Of a stretch of DNA of 43,757 nt, positions 28,368 to 37,873 are shown in pieces. Every line of letters begins with the position of its first letter. The first letter of the stretch is position 1. Where the stretch lies: the NCBI GenBank assembly GCA_964567205.1, contig CAZMKW010000003.1:1-43757 (forward strand), in the 5' to 3' direction. Both the position numbers and the translations under genes were made by a program. This stretch comes from an uncultured Candidatus Saccharibacteria bacterium (GTDB lineage: Bacteria; Patescibacteriota; Minisyncoccia; Minisyncoccales; Staskawiczbacteraceae). A model generated the notes under the pieces. The model had not been told where the DNA came from. It worked only from the letters and a program-made list of their open reading frames with translations, and ran no database searches.

Positions 28368-28469
28368 ATGTTATAATTAGATAGACTTGACTTATCAATT
28401 GGGTTCGGCTATTATATGTATATAGATGGCCGCGAGGCCATTTTAAAAACCAAGGAAAACTAAAAGACT

Positions 28470-28670
28470 ATGACAATCACACAAAAAATAAACATATTTT
28501 TTAAAGAAGTCTGGGTTGAGCTAAAAAGAGTGAGCTGGCTTTCCCGCAAAGATATTATAAAATACACGCTTATTGTGTTGGGTTTTACTATTGCGGCAGC
28601 CGCATTTTTGGGGGGGTTGGATTATATATTTACTGAAATAATTAAAAAGCTCGTGCTTCACAGCATTTAA
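28470..28670 (+). CDS. secE: Preprotein translocase subunit SecE
   Basis: FFKEVWVELKRVSW plus single TM; precedes nusG. Confidence 0.95.
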   Translation: MTITQKINIFFKEVWVELKRVSWLSRKDIIKYTLIVLGFTIAAAAFLGGLDYIFTEIIKKLVLHSI

Positions 28671-28681
28671 TTTAAAAAATC

Positions 28682-29230
28682 ATGCCAAAACAAGTTATAG
28701 AACAAGAAAAAAATTGGTACGTTATTCATACTTATTCCGGGTATGAAGATGCTGTTGCAAAAAACCTTAAACAAAGGATTGAGAGTTTGAGCATGGAAGA
28801 CAAGATTTTTGATGTTATAGTTCCGAAAGAGAAAAAGATAAAAATTAAAAACGGAAAAAGAAAAACAGTTGAGGAAAAAATTTATCCGGGATATGTTTTG
28901 GTACAAATGGTGGTTACCGACGAATCGTGGTATGTAGTTAGGAATACTCCAAGGGTAACAGGATTTTTGGGAGCTGGCACTACGCCGATTCCGGTTTCTG
29001 TTTCCGACATGGCTGATTTAATGAAAAGAATGGAGATGGGTGAGCCTGAATTTACAATCGATTTTGAAGTAGGGGCCTCAGTTAAAGTTATTGACGGACC
29101 GTTTAAGGGATTCGAAGGCAAAGTATCAGATATTGATAAAGAAAGAGGAAAGATAAAAGTCTTAGTTAACATGTTTGGCAGAGACACGCCAGTAGAATTA
29201 GACTCGCTTCAGATAAAAAAGGTAGAATAA
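28682..29230 (+). CDS. nusG: Transcription factor NusG
   Basis: WYVIHTYSGYE, YPGYVLV, KOW (GPFKGFEG). Confidence 0.98.
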   Translation: MPKQVIEQEKNWYVIHTYSGYEDAVAKNLKQRIESLSMEDKIFDVIVPKEKKIKIKNGKRKTVEEKIYPGYVLVQMVVTDESWYVVRNTPRVTGFLGAGTTPIPVSVSDMADLMKRMEMGEPEFTIDFEVGASVKVIDGPFKGFEGKVSDIDKERGKIKVLVNMFGRDTPVELDSLQIKKVE

Positions 29231-29297
29231 TTAAAACGAGTGATAGTTGCAGAAACTATATTTATATTTTATCTGCTAACTTGTAGCTCAAAATAAA

Positions 29298-29723
29298 ATG
29301 GCAAAAGAATTAAAGGCAGTCGTAAAAATACAGATTCCAGCCGGTAAAGCAACGCCAGCGCCTCCAATAGGGCCTGCGTTAGCTCAGCATGGATTAAATA
29401 TTGCAGAGTTTTGCCAAAAGTTTAACGCGGCAACCCAAGCAATGGCAGGATTTACGATACCCGCGGAGGTTACAATTTATAAAGACAGGTCTTACACCTT
29501 TAAATTAAAAACACCCTTGGCATCCGAGCTTATCAGAAAAGCGATTGGCATCGAAAAGGGAAGTGGAGTTCCAAATAAAACTAAAGTCGGCAAGATAACA
29601 AAAGCCCAACTGAAGGAAATCGCCATAAAGAAAATGCCCGACTTAAACACCACAGACATTGAGCAGGCGATAAAAATAATCGCCGGCACAGCAAAGAATA
29701 TGGGAGTAGAAGTTATAAATTAA
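29298..29723 (+). CDS. rplK: 50S ribosomal protein L11
   Basis: [30 protein letters not shown]. Confidence 0.98.
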   Translation: MAKELKAVVKIQIPAGKATPAPPIGPALAQHGLNIAEFCQKFNAATQAMAGFTIPAEVTIYKDRSYTFKLKTPLASELIRKAIGIEKGSGVPNKTKVGKITKAQLKEIAIKKMPDLNTTDIEQAIKIIAGTAKNMGVEVIN

Positions 29724-29737
29724 GAAACAAAGTCTAA

Positions 29738-29768
29738 AAAAATCAAGCGTGAAAATCGCTTGATTTTT
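29738..29768 (+). terminator. Terminator directly after rplK
   Basis: aaaaatcaagcg/cgcttgattttt. Confidence 0.8.
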
Positions 29769-29822
29769 GTTTTGGCAAAGTGGTAGAATAATGGATACTA
29801 AAATTATTAATATATTTGTAAT

Positions 29823-30467
29823 ATGGAGAACCAAAAATATATACGTCCGTCATGGGACGAATACTTTTTAAACTTATTAGAACCAATAGGTAGCAGAGGA
29901 AGTTGTGATAGGGGAAGAAGCGGAGCCGTTATTGTTAGCCCTGGGCATACAATAGTCGCAACAGGATACGTTGGAGCGGCTCCAGGTCAACCGCATTGTG
30001 ATGAGGTGGGGCACATGATGAACACTGTAATACACGAAGACGGAACTCAATCTCAGCATTGTGTGAGAACATTGCATGCAGAAGAAAATGCAATTTTGCA
30101 GTGCGCTAAAGACGGAATAAGCGTTCAGGGAACAACAATATATTGCAAGATGGTGCCTTGCTATAACTGCGCCATGAGAATCGTTAGGGTGGGCGTTAAA
30201 AGAGTAGTTGCAATGAAGAGATATCATGCAGATCAAAAATCCATAAAACTTTTTAGAGACGCAGAAGTTAATTTAGTTATTATGGATAACACCATTGAGC
30301 CGTATGAAAATCAAGGAGGAAAAATTGAAAACGTAAAAGAAAACGAAAAATTGGACGATGAAGTAAGCTATGCGAACAGCGACCTGCAAGAATTTAAAAG
30401 TTTAAAGGAAATTTTAATGGAGGAGGGAAAGATAGAAGAGCTCCCTCAGGAATTTGAACAATCTTAA
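29823..30467 (+). CDS. dCMP deaminase (ComEB-like) with acidic C-terminal tail
   Basis: RPSWDEYF, HAEENA, PCYNC. Confidence 0.92.
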   Translation: MENQKYIRPSWDEYFLNLLEPIGSRGSCDRGRSGAVIVSPGHTIVATGYVGAAPGQPHCDEVGHMMNTVIHEDGTQSQHCVRTLHAEENAILQCAKDGISVQGTTIYCKMVPCYNCAMRIVRVGVKRVVAMKRYHADQKSIKLFRDAEVNLVIMDNTIEPYENQGGKIENVKENEKLDDEVSYANSDLQEFKSLKEILMEEGKIEELPQEFEQS

Positions 30468-30469
30468 AT

Positions 30470-31075
30470 ATGGCAGACAAAAACGACGAACAAATTTTAG
30501 TTGTTAAGTCAGATATAATTTTTGAAAAGGGTAAGTGGCAGGGTTTGAAAACCGACAATCTGGATTATTATATTGATTTAATAAAAAAGAATTGCGAATT
30601 TAAAAGAAGAGGGGATGTGGAAAATGACTCTTCCTTTCAACAGGTAATTCCTTATATGCTTTTTTCCAGTGGAGGTAAATTTTTCGCTTACAAATATCTG
30701 GCTAGCGCCGGGGAGCAAAGGTTGGTAAACAATAATTATCAGCTTGGAATTGGAGGGCACATAAATAAAGACGATATAAAAGATGGCAAAGATGTTTTAG
30801 AAGAAGGAGCCAGGAGAGAATGGGAAGAAGAGGTTAATTTTAAGGGTAATTTTTTGCAAAAGAAATTGGTTGGAATTGCAAAAGACGAAACAACGTCCGT
30901 AGAAGAAGTGCATATCGGATTGGTTTACCATTTTATCGGCGACAGCTCGGAAATTACAATAAAGGAAACAGATAAGATGGAGGGGAAATTATTTGATTTG
31001 AAAGATATTGGAGCAAGCTTAAGCCACAGCCCATGGATGCAAATAGTTTATAACGAGTATTTGTCTAAATTATGA
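30470..31075 (+). CDS. NUDIX/MutT-like phosphoesterase
   Basis: QQVIPY, GIGGHIN, GARREWEEEV. Confidence 0.85.
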   Translation: MADKNDEQILVVKSDIIFEKGKWQGLKTDNLDYYIDLIKKNCEFKRRGDVENDSSFQQVIPYMLFSSGGKFFAYKYLASAGEQRLVNNNYQLGIGGHINKDDIKDGKDVLEEGARREWEEEVNFKGNFLQKKLVGIAKDETTSVEEVHIGLVYHFIGDSSEITIKETDKMEGKLFDLKDIGASLSHSPWMQIVYNEYLSKL

Positions 31076-31695
31076 AGTTTAAAAATATTATTTTTGATTG
31101 GTCCGGGGTGATAAAAGATGCTTTGAATGCCCATGTATGGGTGGTGAACGAAATGATGGAGAGATTGGGGAAAAAGAAATTATCTTTTAATGAATTGAAG
31201 GAAAATTGGGAACAGCCATATTTGAATTTTTGGAGGAAATATTGTCCGGAGTTGACATTGGCTGAGGAGCAAAAAATTTATTATGAAGTTATTGGGAGCA
31301 AAGATTGCCCGAAATCGGATTCTTGCCTTGGAGTCATAGATTTTATTAAAAAATTAAATATAAAAAAGGTCCGCATGTCAGTGGTAAGTTCTGATCCCAC
31401 CGAAAGGCTTCTGCAAGAAATAAAAGGGTTTGGTTTGGAAAATATTTTTGATGAGGTAATTACTAACGCGCACGATAAATCCGAAGGAGTGAATGAGTTG
31501 ATTAAAAAATATGATTTCAATCCTGAAGAAACGGTTTTTATCGGCGATAGCAACCACGAAGTTGAAGTTGGAAAAGAGGCGGGAATAAAAACAATTGCTG
31601 TAACGTGGGGGTTTTGCACTGAAGAAAAACTAAAATCAACTGATCCTGATTATTTGGTGCATAATATTAAAGAATTAGAAGAAATTTTATTATGA
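31072..31695 (+). CDS. HAD family hydrolase
   Basis: IIFDWSGVI, FIGDSNHE, AVTWG. Confidence 0.88.
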   Translation: MKFKNIIFDWSGVIKDALNAHVWVVNEMMERLGKKKLSFNELKENWEQPYLNFWRKYCPELTLAEEQKIYYEVIGSKDCPKSDSCLGVIDFIKKLNIKKVRMSVVSSDPTERLLQEIKGFGLENIFDEVITNAHDKSEGVNELIKKYDFNPEETVFIGDSNHEVEVGKEAGIKTIAVTWGFCTEEKLKSTDPDYLVHNIKELEEILL

Positions 31696-33890
31696 AAACG
31701 GGTAAATTTTTCGTTTTTGAGGGCATAGACGGATGTGGGAAGTCAACGCAAACAAAATTACTGGCTGAATATTATAAACAGAAAGGTTTTGAAGTTGAGA
31801 AGATTGACTTCCCTCAACATGGGGAGAGGTCGTCAGCTATGGTTGATGATTACTTAAATGGGAAATATGGAACATCGGAAGAGGTTGGGCCTAAAATTGC
31901 TTCTGTTTTTTATGCGACCGATAGATATGACGCAAGCCTAAAAATAAAAAAGTGGCTTGATGAGGGAAAGATTGTAATATCGGATAGATATTTGGTTTCT
32001 AATATCGGGCACCAGGGAGGGAAGATCAAAGATAAGGAAGAATGGAAGAAGTATGTAAACTGGCTTTATGATTTAGAGTACGGAATTTTTAAAATTCCCA
32101 AACCGGATTTTACGTTTATATTAAAAACTTCCGTTGAATCCTCGATGAAGCTTTCAAATAGTATAACCGATGGGGAAAAACAGCAAAGAAGGATCAGTTA
32201 TTTAGGCGACGATAAAAAACAGGATATCCACGAAAAAAATAACAGCCATTTGGAAAATGCTTTAAACTCCTATTTGATGGCAGCTAAGGAATTCCCAAAT
32301 GATTTTGAAGTCATAGAGTGCTTGGAGAAAGAAGAATTATTATCAGCAGAAACTATAAATAATAGGATTATTAAAATAATTGAAGAAAACAATAAACACA
32401 TGCCAGCAGAAAGAAGAATTTATACGTTGCCAAATAATTTAATGCCGGAGGTAAAAGCGGTGACTTTTGCTAAGTGCTCAAGGTCCGCTGAGCCTTTTGA
32501 TAAAATTGCCGCCGAACTAACAGACGAAAAATCAGCGGAGTTTCATGAAAAATGGGTAGTGGGGTTTGGGCACTCGTCTATTGCCGAACACGCCGTAATC
32601 TCGCTGGCAGTTGAAAATGTTTCCAATATAGCCACAAAAGTTATAGAAGATTGTAGGCTTGCTTCATTTACTGAAAAATCTTCCAGATATCAGATTTTTA
32701 ATAAAGATAAGTTATATATGCCAGAGAATGTGATGAACTCTGAGTTGAGAGAAATTTATCTGGACGCGGTTAATTCTTTAATGGACGCTTATGAAGAAAT
32801 GACCGCGCCCATGATGGATTTTGTTAGGCAAAAATATCCGAGACCTGATGATCAAGACGAAAAGTTGTACAATATGGTTTCTAAGGCAAGAGCTTGCGAT
32901 AATTTAAGATATTTGTTGCCTACGGCTGTTTTGACAAACCTGGGCATGACAATAAACACGAGAGAGTTAGAGCACCTTATAAAAAAGTTATTGTCGCATC
33001 CGCTAAAAGAAATGCAGGATATTGGAGCTGAGATGAAAGAAAAGGCAATGGAGGCTGTCCCTACTCTGTTAAAATTTGCTAATAAAAACAATTATATAAT
33101 TGAAACTAAAAAACAGTTAAAAAATATTGCCGATTGGGAATTGGGTAGGCAGGCGGGAAATAATCAGGCGGTTACAATTGTAGATTACGATACCGACGCA
33201 ATAAATAAGCTCATCGCCGGGATACTTTATCCGTATTCTGATTTATCTTACGAAGAAATCGCCAAAAAAGTGAGTAATATTTCAGATGAGAAAAAAGAAA
33301 AAATAATTGATGAAACGCTGAAAAGAAGAGAGAAGTTTGACCAACCGTTAAGGGAGTTAGAGCATATTTATTATACATTCGATATTTTATTGGATTACGG
33401 AGCATTCCGAGATGTACAGCGTCATAGAATGTGTACGCAATCTAACCAGCCCGTAACAGTTGTACACGGATATGACTTGCCCCCGGAAATTAGGGAGATG
33501 GGATTTTCTGCCCAAGGCGGACCAGCCTCGGGCTGGGAGGAAAAGTTTAAGGCAGTGGTAGAAAAGTCAGTTGAGGCTTATAATAGAATATATGAGAAGT
33601 TTCCGGAAGAGGCGCAGTATGTTGTGCCCCTGTGTTTTAGAAAAAGAGTGTTGATAACTTGGAATTTAAGAGAGTTGCATCATTTTATTTCTTTAAGATC
33701 CGGTAAAAAAGGGCACGCTTCTTACAGAAGAATCGCCCAGCAGTGCTGGAGGGAATTAAATAAAGTTCAGCCCTTGCTTGCAAAATATATAAGAGTTGAT
33801 ATGGACGAAATGAATGTTTCCTGGGCGGCCTCACTAGAAAACAAAGATTTTTATTATAATCCATACGAAGCCAGACAGAACAAAAAATAA
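31692..33890 (+). CDS. tmk-thyX: Thymidylate kinase fused to a ThyX-like flavin-dependent thymidylate synthase
   Basis: EGIDGCGKST and SDRY (Tmk); GHSSIAEHA, SFTEKSSRY, QRHRMCTQS, NLRELHHFISLR (tandem ThyX-like domains). Confidence 0.88.
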   Translation: MKTGKFFVFEGIDGCGKSTQTKLLAEYYKQKGFEVEKIDFPQHGERSSAMVDDYLNGKYGTSEEVGPKIASVFYATDRYDASLKIKKWLDEGKIVISDRYLVSNIGHQGGKIKDKEEWKKYVNWLYDLEYGIFKIPKPDFTFILKTSVESSMKLSNSITDGEKQQRRISYLGDDKKQDIHEKNNSHLENALNSYLMAAKEFPNDFEVIECLEKEELLSAETINNRIIKIIEENNKHMPAERRIYTLPNNLMPEVKAVTFAKCSRSAEPFDKIAAELTDEKSAEFHEKWVVGFGHSSIAEHAVISLAVENVSNIATKVIEDCRLASFTEKSSRYQIFNKDKLYMPENVMNSELREIYLDAVNSLMDAYEEMTAPMMDFVRQKYPRPDDQDEKLYNMVSKARACDNLRYLLPTAVLTNLGMTINTRELEHLIKKLLSHPLKEMQDIGAEMKEKAMEAVPTLLKFANKNNYIIETKKQLKNIADWELGRQAGNNQAVTIVDYDTDAINKLIAGILYPYSDLSYEEIAKKVSNISDEKKEKIIDETLKRREKFDQPLRELEHIYYTFDILLDYGAFRDVQRHRMCTQSNQPVTVVHGYDLPPEIREMGFSAQGGPASGWEEKFKAVVEKSVEAYNRIYEKFPEEAQYVVPLCFRKRVLITWNLRELHHFISLRSGKKGHASYRRIAQQCWRELNKVQPLLAKYIRVDMDEMNVSWAASLENKDFYYNPYEARQNKK
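33507..33536 (+). mobile_element. 30-nt in-frame double-hairpin element, copy 3
   Basis: TCTGCC CAA GGCGGA CCAGCC TCG GGCTGG = SAQGGPASGW between TTT and GAG. Confidence 0.82.
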
Positions 33891-33894
33891 ATTT

Positions 33895-35349
33895 ATGAGT
33901 TATAAGCCCACAATAGGATTAGAAATACATGCTGAGCTTAAGACGCAAAGCAAAATGTTTTGTTCGTGTAAAAATGATCCGGATGAGCGACGGCCCAATT
34001 ATAATATTTGTCCTATTTGTACTGCGCAACCGGGAAGTTTGCCAGTAGCCAACGAGGAAGCGGTAAAAAAAGTTATAAAAACTGGGTTGGCTTTAAGTTG
34101 TAAAATTGCCGAAGATTCAAAATTTGATAGAAAAAATTATTTTTATCCGGATTTGCCTAAAGGATACCAAATTTCCCAATATGACCAACCATTATGTGAG
34201 GGTGGGTATTTAGAGATTGGTGGGCGAAAGATAGGAATAACCAGAATTCACTTAGAGGAAGACACGGGGAGTTTAATGCATCCAGAAGGAGCCGATTACT
34301 CGCTTATTAACCTAAATAGAGCGGGGGTGCCTCTAATGGAGTTGGTCACAGAACCAGAGATAACATCAGGGAGAGAGGCTCGTGAGTTTGCACAGGAGTT
34401 GCAGTTAATTTTTAAATATTTAGGAGTTTCAGATGCTGACATGGAGAAGGGGCTAATGAGAGTTGAGGTGAATATAAGTATAAGTAAGAATGATAAATTG
34501 GGGACCAAGGTTGAAATTAAAAACCTTAATTCATTTAAGGTAGTAGAGAAGGCGGTTGATTTTGAGATTGCCCGCCAGGAAGAAGTTTTAAAATCGGGAG
34601 AAAAAGTTGTGCAGGAAACGCGCGGTTGGCACGATAAAAAAGAAATTACATTTTCGCAAAGAGAAAAAGAAGAGGCGCATGACTACAGGTATTTTTCTGA
34701 GCCGGACTTGCCTCCAATGCATTTTGATAAAGAATATATTATTAAAATAAAAACAACTATGCCAGAGTTACCAGAGCAAAAAAGAGAAAGACTTAAAAAA
34801 GAATTCGGCCTAGAAGGGGCCGACGTAGAATTTTTTATTACTAATAAAGACCTGAGCGAATATTATGAGAAAGTTGTTTCCGAATTTGAGGAGTGGACTC
34901 CTGAGAATGAGGAAGGCCAATCACATAAAAAGGTTTCGAAATTAATTGCCAACTATTTAATTTCAAACATACAAGGATTGTTGCAGGGAAAAGAGTTTGT
35001 AGAGAAAGAATTCAAAATTACTCCGGAAAATTTTGCAGAATTCATAAAGATGATTTATAAAAATGAAATTTCCAGTAAAGTTGCTAAAATGGTTCTACTG
35101 GAAATGTTTAATACGGGAGGCGATCCGTCAGATATTGTTGATGGAAATAATTGGAGACAAACGTCAGACGATGGCGAGTTAGAAAAAATAATAAAGGAAA
35201 TTATTTTAAACAATCCAAAGGCCGTGGAAGACTTTAAGGCGGGCAAGAAAAATGCTGTCCAATTTCTGTCTGGTCAGGTTATGGCTAAAACCCGCGGAAC
35301 GTCTAACCCCGAGAAGGTGCAAGAACTGCTAAAGAAGAATCTAGGGTAA
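33895..35349 (+). CDS. gatB: Asp/Glu-tRNA amidotransferase subunit B
   Basis: IGLEIHAEL, FDRKNYFYPDLPKGYQISQ, EIKNLNSF, DYRYF. Confidence 0.98.
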   Translation: MSYKPTIGLEIHAELKTQSKMFCSCKNDPDERRPNYNICPICTAQPGSLPVANEEAVKKVIKTGLALSCKIAEDSKFDRKNYFYPDLPKGYQISQYDQPLCEGGYLEIGGRKIGITRIHLEEDTGSLMHPEGADYSLINLNRAGVPLMELVTEPEITSGREAREFAQELQLIFKYLGVSDADMEKGLMRVEVNISISKNDKLGTKVEIKNLNSFKVVEKAVDFEIARQEEVLKSGEKVVQETRGWHDKKEITFSQREKEEAHDYRYFSEPDLPPMHFDKEYIIKIKTTMPELPEQKRERLKKEFGLEGADVEFFITNKDLSEYYEKVVSEFEEWTPENEEGQSHKKVSKLIANYLISNIQGLLQGKEFVEKEFKITPENFAEFIKMIYKNEISSKVAKMVLLEMFNTGGDPSDIVDGNNWRQTSDDGELEKIIKEIILNNPKAVEDFKAGKKNAVQFLSGQVMAKTRGTSNPEKVQELLKKNLG

Positions 35350-35360
35350 TATAAATTTGC

Positions 35361-35402
35361 AAAAAAAGAGGCTCGCAGAGTAGGACGCTCCGCGAGCCTT
35401 TT
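35361..35402. terminator. Bidirectional terminator
   Basis: aggctcgc/gcgagcct with A and T tracts. Confidence 0.75.
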
Positions 35403-35405
35403 GTT

Positions 35406-35624
35406 TTATCGAAACCGTTGTTCTTGTTCGCGGTATTTGCGATGGAAAAGAATTGAAGGGCGGTTCCATACGCGGATAACCCACGCCAAGCCGAGTATGA
35501 GCAAGCCCACCAGGAAAAGGATGTTTGCCCCTGCGATATAGCTTATGACAATTAGGGAGATGCTTGTCGCAAGCAAAAAAATGGCGACCCAGTACATTAG
35601 ACACGAGAAAGTCTTCTTTTTCAT
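35406..35624 (-). CDS. Small 2-TM hypothetical protein (orphan cassette)
   Basis: GAAAGGGA RBS before ATG 35624; TTGACA at 35714-35709. Confidence 0.65.
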   Translation of the reverse strand: MKKKTFSCLMYWVAIFLLATSISLIVISYIAGANILFLVGLLILGLAWVIRVWNRPSILFHRKYREQEQRFR

Positions 35625-35702
35625 TGGAGTCCCTTTCGTTAATATGTCAAAAAGCAAAATCGGATGCGCTTACGTTGTTTATCCTATTTAACTCTAATAT
35701 TG

Positions 35703-36629
35703 TTATTTTGTCAACAAAAATTTCTGGCACCATTTTTGGCTTTCACTGTAGTTTTGTACCCATAAAATGCGATTATCTCTCTTAAACCAGGTCATTTGTC
35801 TTTTGGCGTAGTGTTCTGATTCTATTTGAATATTATCTGACATTTTTTGGTAGGAGATCTTATTCTGTATATATTGTGCGACAAAGCGATATTCTAATCC
35901 AAACTCTTCAAGGCGTTTCCATGACACGCCAGATTTGTGAAGTTTTTTAACTTCATTTATCATCGCGTTGTTTTTTAGTCTTTTTATTAGCCGTTTATGT
36001 ATTAAATTTTTTAATTCGTTTCGCGGTTTTTCAACACCTATTTGTAAAATATCCCAGCCTTTGGCTGGTCCGTCTCCGGCGGAAAATTGTTTAGAAGGTA
36101 CTGGTTTACCGGTTTTTAGGACTATCTCCAGTGCACGTACTAGTCTTCTGGGGTTTTGGTTATCGATAGCCTTAGCACGTTCTGGATCTAATTTTTTCAA
36201 TTTATCAAATAGTTGTTCTAGTGTTAATTTCTCAAGTTTCTTTCTTAGGTTCCAATCCGGTTTTACTTCGGGAATAATAATACCATCAACAATTGATTGT
36301 ATATAAAAACCTGTTCCGCCAACCAGGAATGGAATGCGGTCTTTTTTTTGTATATTTCTAATGGTTTTTAACGCCAGTTTTTGGTATTGCGCCACAGAAA
36401 ATCTTTTTCTCGGATTAGCCACATCCAGCAAATGATGGGGAATTCCTGCCATTTCTTTTTTTGTAACCTTGCCTGACCCGATATCCATTCCTTTATAAAC
36501 CTGTCTTGAGTCAGCCGAAACCACCTCGCCGTTAAATTTCTTGGCTAACTTAATAGACAGTCCGGTTTTTCCGGAAGAAGTTGGACCCAAAATTACAATT
36601 AATTTATTATTTTTCCCACTAGCGACCAT
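35703..36629 (-). CDS. miaA: tRNA dimethylallyltransferase
   Basis: GPTSSGKT, SADSRQVY, VGGTGFY, YAKRQMTWF. Confidence 0.97.
   Translation of the reverse strand: MVASGKNNKLIVILGPTSSGKTGLSIKLAKKFNGEVVSADSRQVYKGMDIGSGKVTKKEMAGIPHHLLDVANPRKRFSVAQYQKLALKTIRNIQKKDRIPFLVGGTGFYIQSIVDGIIIPEVKPDWNLRKKLEKLTLEQLFDKLKKLDPERAKAIDNQNPRRLVRALEIVLKTGKPVPSKQFSAGDGPAKGWDILQIGVEKPRNELKNLIHKRLIKRLKNNAMINEVKKLHKSGVSWKRLEEFGLEYRFVAQYIQNKISYQKMSDNIQIESEHYAKRQMTWFKRDNRILWVQNYSESQKWCQKFLLTK
36054..36083 (-). mobile_element. 30-nt in-frame double-hairpin element, copy 4
   Basis: Minus strand TCCGCC GGA GACGGA CCAGCC AAA GGCTGG = SAGDGPAKGW between TTT and GAT. Confidence 0.82.
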
Positions 36630-37873
36630 GGTAATGCTTTTGTTATTTTTACTTTAATAAATTTTCCGAGTAAATTTTGATCTAATTTTAGGCGGACGGT
36701 TTTGTAGTGTTTGTTTTTTCCTATCCAAGCACCTTTATCTTTTCCATCTATTAAAATGGTATTTATTTTTCCAATATATTTTTTATTATTTTCCAGCGCG
36801 GTTTGCCTTAAGATATCATTTAAAACTTTTTCTCTGCGTTTTTTCTCAATAATAGAAATGTCGTCCTTTAGCTTTCCGGCGGCGGTGCCAGCCCTTGGAG
36901 AGTATTTGTTTATATAAGCCATGTCATATTCTATATCGTGAAAAAGCTTTACGGTATTCTCAAATTGTTTTTCTGTTTCTCCGGGAAACCCAACTATTAT
37001 GTCTGTAGACAAGCAAATACTGGGAATTTTCTTTCTTAATTTTTTAATTTTATTTTTGTATTCTGCAACCGTATAACGACGATTCATCGATTTTAAAATT
37101 TTATCGTCACCAGATTGGATTGGAAGATTTAAGTACGGGGTTACCTTTTTGCAACCTGCCATAGCGTCTATGACCTTGTCATTGAAATCTTTTGGGTGAG
37201 AAGAGGTGAAGCGTATCCAAAAATTACCGGGAACATCGTTTATCATTTTCAGTAGTTTTGGAAAAGTAGTTTTTTTGTCCTTATAGCTGTTAACGTTTTG
37301 GCCAAGCAACCAAATTTCCCTTGCCCCGCGAAGTCTCGACGAAGTGGGGTTTGTCAGCCTTTTTATCTCTTGTACGATATCTTGCGCGGGTCTCGAGATT
37401 TCGCGACCTCTGGCGTATGGGACAACGCAGTACGCGCAGAAATTATTGCAGCCCGTCATTATGGGCACACTGGCTGAAAATTTTGATGAATATTTTGGAG
37501 TAATATCTAAATAATTTTTATCGTTTTTAAAACTATTTTTTTTCTTTAATATTGCCGGTATTTTTTTTATGTCTCTTATATCTACAACATAATCAAAATC
37601 TTCGACAAAAAATTTTCGGTCTTTTTTTAAGACGCATCCGGTTAAAACAGTTTTTAGCGCCGGTTTTTTCTTTTTTATTTCTTCAAATTTTTGAGCAAGT
37701 CCACGTATCCGGTCGACAGCAGATTGCCTTATCGAGCACATTACAACAACAATTAAATCCGCTTGGCTGGCGTTAGATGTTTTTTTATATTTTGCAGACT
37801 CTAAAACAGCGGAAACTCTTTCTGAGTCGCTTATGTTCATTTGGCATCCGTAAACAATAATATGGTATTTCAT
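36599..37873 (-). CDS. miaB: tRNA-2-methylthio-N6-dimethylallyladenosine synthase
   Basis: GCQMN, CNNFCAYC radical SAM motif, LLGQNVNSY, TDIIVGFPGE, TRAM; adjacent to miaA. Confidence 0.95.
   Translation of the reverse strand: MKYHIIVYGCQMNISDSERVSAVLESAKYKKTSNASQADLIVVVMCSIRQSAVDRIRGLAQKFEEIKKKKPALKTVLTGCVLKKDRKFFVEDFDYVVDIRDIKKIPAILKKKNSFKNDKNYLDITPKYSSKFSASVPIMTGCNNFCAYCVVPYARGREISRPAQDIVQEIKRLTNPTSSRLRGAREIWLLGQNVNSYKDKKTTFPKLLKMINDVPGNFWIRFTSSHPKDFNDKVIDAMAGCKKVTPYLNLPIQSGDDKILKSMNRRYTVAEYKNKIKKLRKKIPSICLSTDIIVGFPGETEKQFENTVKLFHDIEYDMAYINKYSPRAGTAAGKLKDDISIIEKKRREKVLNDILRQTALENNKKYIGKINTILIDGKDKGAWIGKNKHYKTVRLKLDQNLLGKFIKVKITKALPWSLVGKIIN
37323..37350 (-). repeat. GC-rich quasi-palindromic in-frame insertion in miaB
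   Basis: accccacttcgtcgagacttcgcggggc = PTSSRLRG. Confidence 0.55.

Noticed and set aside
28368-28469. tRNA-Trp or rpmG upstream of secE
   Set aside because: Only a promoter (TTGACT-17-TATTAT) and a small hairpin are present; no cloverleaf or ORF.
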